From a virus (Duplodnaviria > Heunggongvirae > Uroviricota > Caudoviricetes): a stretch of DNA of 9,525 nucleotides. Positions 7,690 through 9,525 of this stretch are shown piece by piece (the stretch's first letter is position 1; each line of letters opens with the position of its first letter). The notes under the pieces were generated by a model, which did no database searches, had not been told where the DNA came from, and was given only the letters and a program-made list of their open reading frames with translations. A program made the translations under genes and the position numbers. The DNA lies in IMG/VR virus record IMGVR_UViG_2563366807_000006, one strand, 5' to 3'.

Positions 7690-9224
7690 AGGGCGTGCGC
7701 TTCAGTCTGCGCCTGACCAGTGGTAAGGGAACGGATGCCAGACTGGTGACCACCGCCATCACCGCAGACACGGAGCACCGTTTCAGCGGCCTGCCGCTCG
7801 GGGAATACACCCTGACGGTGCGGGCGATAAACAGCTATGGCCAGCAGGGTGAACCTGCCACCACCACCTTCCGGATTGCCGCACCGGCAGCACCGTCGCG
7901 GATTGAGCTGACGCCGGGCTATTTTCAGATAACCGCAACGCCACATCTTGCCGTTTATGACCCGACGGTACAGTTTGAGTTCTGGTTCTCGGAAAAGCGG
8001 ATTGCGGATATCAGGCAGGTTGAAACCGCAGCCCGCTATCTTGGCTCGGCGCTGTACTGGATAGCTGCCAGTATCAATATCAAACCGGGCCATGATTATT
8101 ATTTTTATATCCGCAGTGTGAATACTGTTGGCAAATCGGCATTCGTGGAGGCTGTCGGTCGGGCGAGCGATGATGCGGAAGGTTACCTGGATTTTTTCAA
8201 AGGAGAAATCGGGAAAACACATCTGGCCCAGGAGCTGTGGACGCAGATTGATAACGGTCAGCTTGCGCCGGACCTGGCTGAAATCAGGACGTCCATTACG
8301 AATGTCAGCAATGAAATCACGCAGACCGTCAATAAAAAACTGGAAAATCAGAGTGCGGCAATCCAGCAGATACAGAAAGTTCAGGTTGATACAAATAATA
8401 ACCTGAACAGCATGTGGGCCGTGAAACTGCAGCAGATGCAGGACGGACGCCTTTATATTGCGGGTATCGGTGCCGGTATTGAGAATACGCCAGCAGGAAT
8501 GCAGAGTCAGGTGCTGCTGGCGGCAGACAGGATTGCGATGATTAATCCTGCGAATGGCAACACAAAGCCGATGTTTGTTGGTCAGGGCGATCAGATATTT
8601 ATGAATGAAGTGTTCCTGAAATATCTGACGGCTCCCACCATTACCAGCGGCGGTAATCCTCCGGCATTTTCCCTGACACCGGACGGGCGGCTGACGGCGA
8701 AAAATGCCGATATCAGCGGTAACGTGAATGCGAACTCCGGGACGCTCAACAACGTCACGATTAACGAGAACTGTCGGGTTCTGGGAAAATTGTCCGCGAA
8801 CCAGATTGAAGGCGATCTCGTTAAAACAGTGGGCAAAGCTTTCCCCCGGGACTCCCGTGCACCGGAGCGGTGGCCATCAGGAACCATTACCGTCAGGGTT
8901 TATGACGATCAGCCGTTTGACCGGCAGATTGTTATTCCGGCGGTGGCATTCAGCGGCGCTAAACATGAGAAAGAGCATACTGATATTTACTCCTCATGCC
9001 GTCTGATAGTGCGGAAAAACGGTGCTGAAATTTATAACCGTACCGCGCTGGATAATACGCTGATTTACAGTGGTGTTATTGATATGCCTGCCGGTCACGG
9101 TCACATGACACTGGAGTTTTCGGTGTCAGCATGGCTGGTAAATAACTGGTATCCCACAGCAAGTATCAGCGATTTGCTGGTTGTGGTGATGAAGAAAGCC
9201 ACTGCAGGCATCACGATTAGCTGA
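7656..9224 (+). CDS. J C-terminal paralogue fragment, 'cassette B' (Fn3-like region + shorter coiled-coil + C-terminal receptor-binding region); lacks the J N-terminal domains; silent cassette or remnant
   Basis: 522-aa ORF. The first 11 codons (from ATG 7656) are an alternate-frame read of the lom-A 3' end with no RBS. From about 7684 onward it encodes [62 protein letters not shown]..., near-identical to cassette A and repeat copies 1 and 3. The middle ([92 protein letters not shown]) differs from cassette A and is closer to my recollection of phage lambda J. Ends ..[13 protein letters not shown] at 9222-9224. Confidence 0.7.
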   Translation: MVQRVCDGGLVKGVRFSLRLTSGKGTDARLVTTAITADTEHRFSGLPLGEYTLTVRAINSYGQQGEPATTTFRIAAPAAPSRIELTPGYFQITATPHLAVYDPTVQFEFWFSEKRIADIRQVETAARYLGSALYWIAASINIKPGHDYYFYIRSVNTVGKSAFVEAVGRASDDAEGYLDFFKGEIGKTHLAQELWTQIDNGQLAPDLAEIRTSITNVSNEITQTVNKKLENQSAAIQQIQKVQVDTNNNLNSMWAVKLQQMQDGRLYIAGIGAGIENTPAGMQSQVLLAADRIAMINPANGNTKPMFVGQGDQIFMNEVFLKYLTAPTITSGGNPPAFSLTPDGRLTAKNADISGNVNANSGTLNNVTINENCRVLGKLSANQIEGDLVKTVGKAFPRDSRAPERWPSGTITVRVYDDQPFDRQIVIPAVAFSGAKHEKEHTDIYSSCRLIVRKNGAEIYNRTALDNTLIYSGVIDMPAGHGHMTLEFSVSAWLVNNWYPTASISDLLVVVMKKATAGITIS

Positions 9225-9242
9225 ATTTTATAACCCAGATAC

Positions 9243-9269
9243 GGGCGCCAGAAATGGCGCCTTTTTTAT
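9243..9269 (+). terminator. Rho-independent terminator downstream of J cassette B
   Basis: GGCGCCA (9244-9250) - GAAA - TGGCGCC (9255-9261) followed by TTTTTTATT; identical to the 7281-7307 element. Confidence 0.8.
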
Positions 9270-9291
9270 TGCAGAAAAGCGAGAGGTAATT

Positions 9292-9525
9292 ATGCGTAAA
9301 TTATGTGCTGTTATTTTGTCCGCAGTAGTCTGGCAGGTCGCCGCTGCTACGCCAGCGAGTGCAGCAGAACATCAGTCCACGCTGAGCGCGGGGTATCTCC
9401 ATGCCTCGACGAACGTTCCCGGTAGTGATGATCTGAACGGGATTAACGTGAAATACCGTTATGAGTTTACGGACGCGCTGGGGCTGATTACGTCCTTCAG
9501 TTATGCCAATGCTGAGGATGAGCAA
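9292..9525 (+). CDS. lom: Lom/Ail-family outer membrane protein (lom copy B), 3'-partial at window end
   Basis: GAGAGG RBS then ATG 9292. MRKLCAVILSAVVWQVAAATPASAAEHQSTLSAGYLHASTNVPGSDDLNGINVKYRYEFTDALGLITSFSYANAEDEQ..., open to the window end. The signal peptide differs from lom-A while the mature region is near-identical. Confidence 0.85.
   Translation, partial: MRKLCAVILSAVVWQVAAATPASAAEHQSTLSAGYLHASTNVPGSDDLNGINVKYRYEFTDALGLITSFSYANAEDEQ

Larger units (their letters stand above)
7684..9525 (+). repeat. Segmental duplication unit B (diverged second copy of J 3' portion - terminator - lom 5' portion; extends beyond window)
   Basis: See unit A; offset 2181 nt at the 5' homology boundary (5503 vs 7684), reduced to about 1962 nt at the 3' end because B has a shorter coiled-coil region. 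Confidence 0.85.

Noticed and set aside
7572-8222. 216-aa minus-strand ORF overlapping lom-A and J cassette B
   Set aside because: Antisense to two well-supported + strand coding regions; its translation contains segments identical to the other J-antisense ORFs; no RBS.
2393-9525. Possibility that the direct repeats are a CRISPR array or a diversity-generating retroelement (template/variable repeat pair)
   Set aside because: The repeats are kb-scale coding duplications, not short repeat-spacer units. No reverse transcriptase is present in the window, and the A/B divergence includes indels and changes at all four bases rather than adenine-specific substitutions.
1-9525. Integrase, transposase or insertion-sequence ends as the cause of the rearrangements
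   Set aside because: No ORF with recognisable recombinase or transposase features and no terminal inverted repeats at the junctions; the junctions instead show short microhomologies (GCTACGGC, GCGA) inside coding sequence.

Overview
This window is the tail-tip / host-specificity module of a lambda-like (lambdoid siphovirus) prophage of an enterobacterial host, in the order K (5'-partial) - I - J - lom, all on the + strand. The gene calls rest on my recognition of the translated ORFs as the lambda gpK/gpI/gpJ/Lom families; no database search was run. The J/lom region is not a simple single-copy arrangement. (1) A 1236-bp (412-codon) internal segment of J is present as one complete and two partial, slightly diverged copies; the first junction is in frame and the second (about nt 4690-4693) shifts the frame, splitting J into two ORFs (1543..4746 and 4695..7262). 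(2) The module 'J 3' end - terminator - lom 5' end' is itself present twice in tandem (about 5503..7683 and 7684..window end), with near-identical flanks and a divergent, indel-containing core; the first lom is cut off at codon 119 by the junction. (3) A 343-bp AT-rich spacer with two strong hairpins lies between I and J. I see no integrase, CRISPR array, reverse transcriptase, toxin or defence gene; the interest here is a rearranged, probably recombinationally unstable host-range locus carrying a silent alternative J C-terminal cassette. All of these junctions lie inside multi-kb repeats, so a chimeric assembly of several related prophages cannot be excluded from sequence alone.
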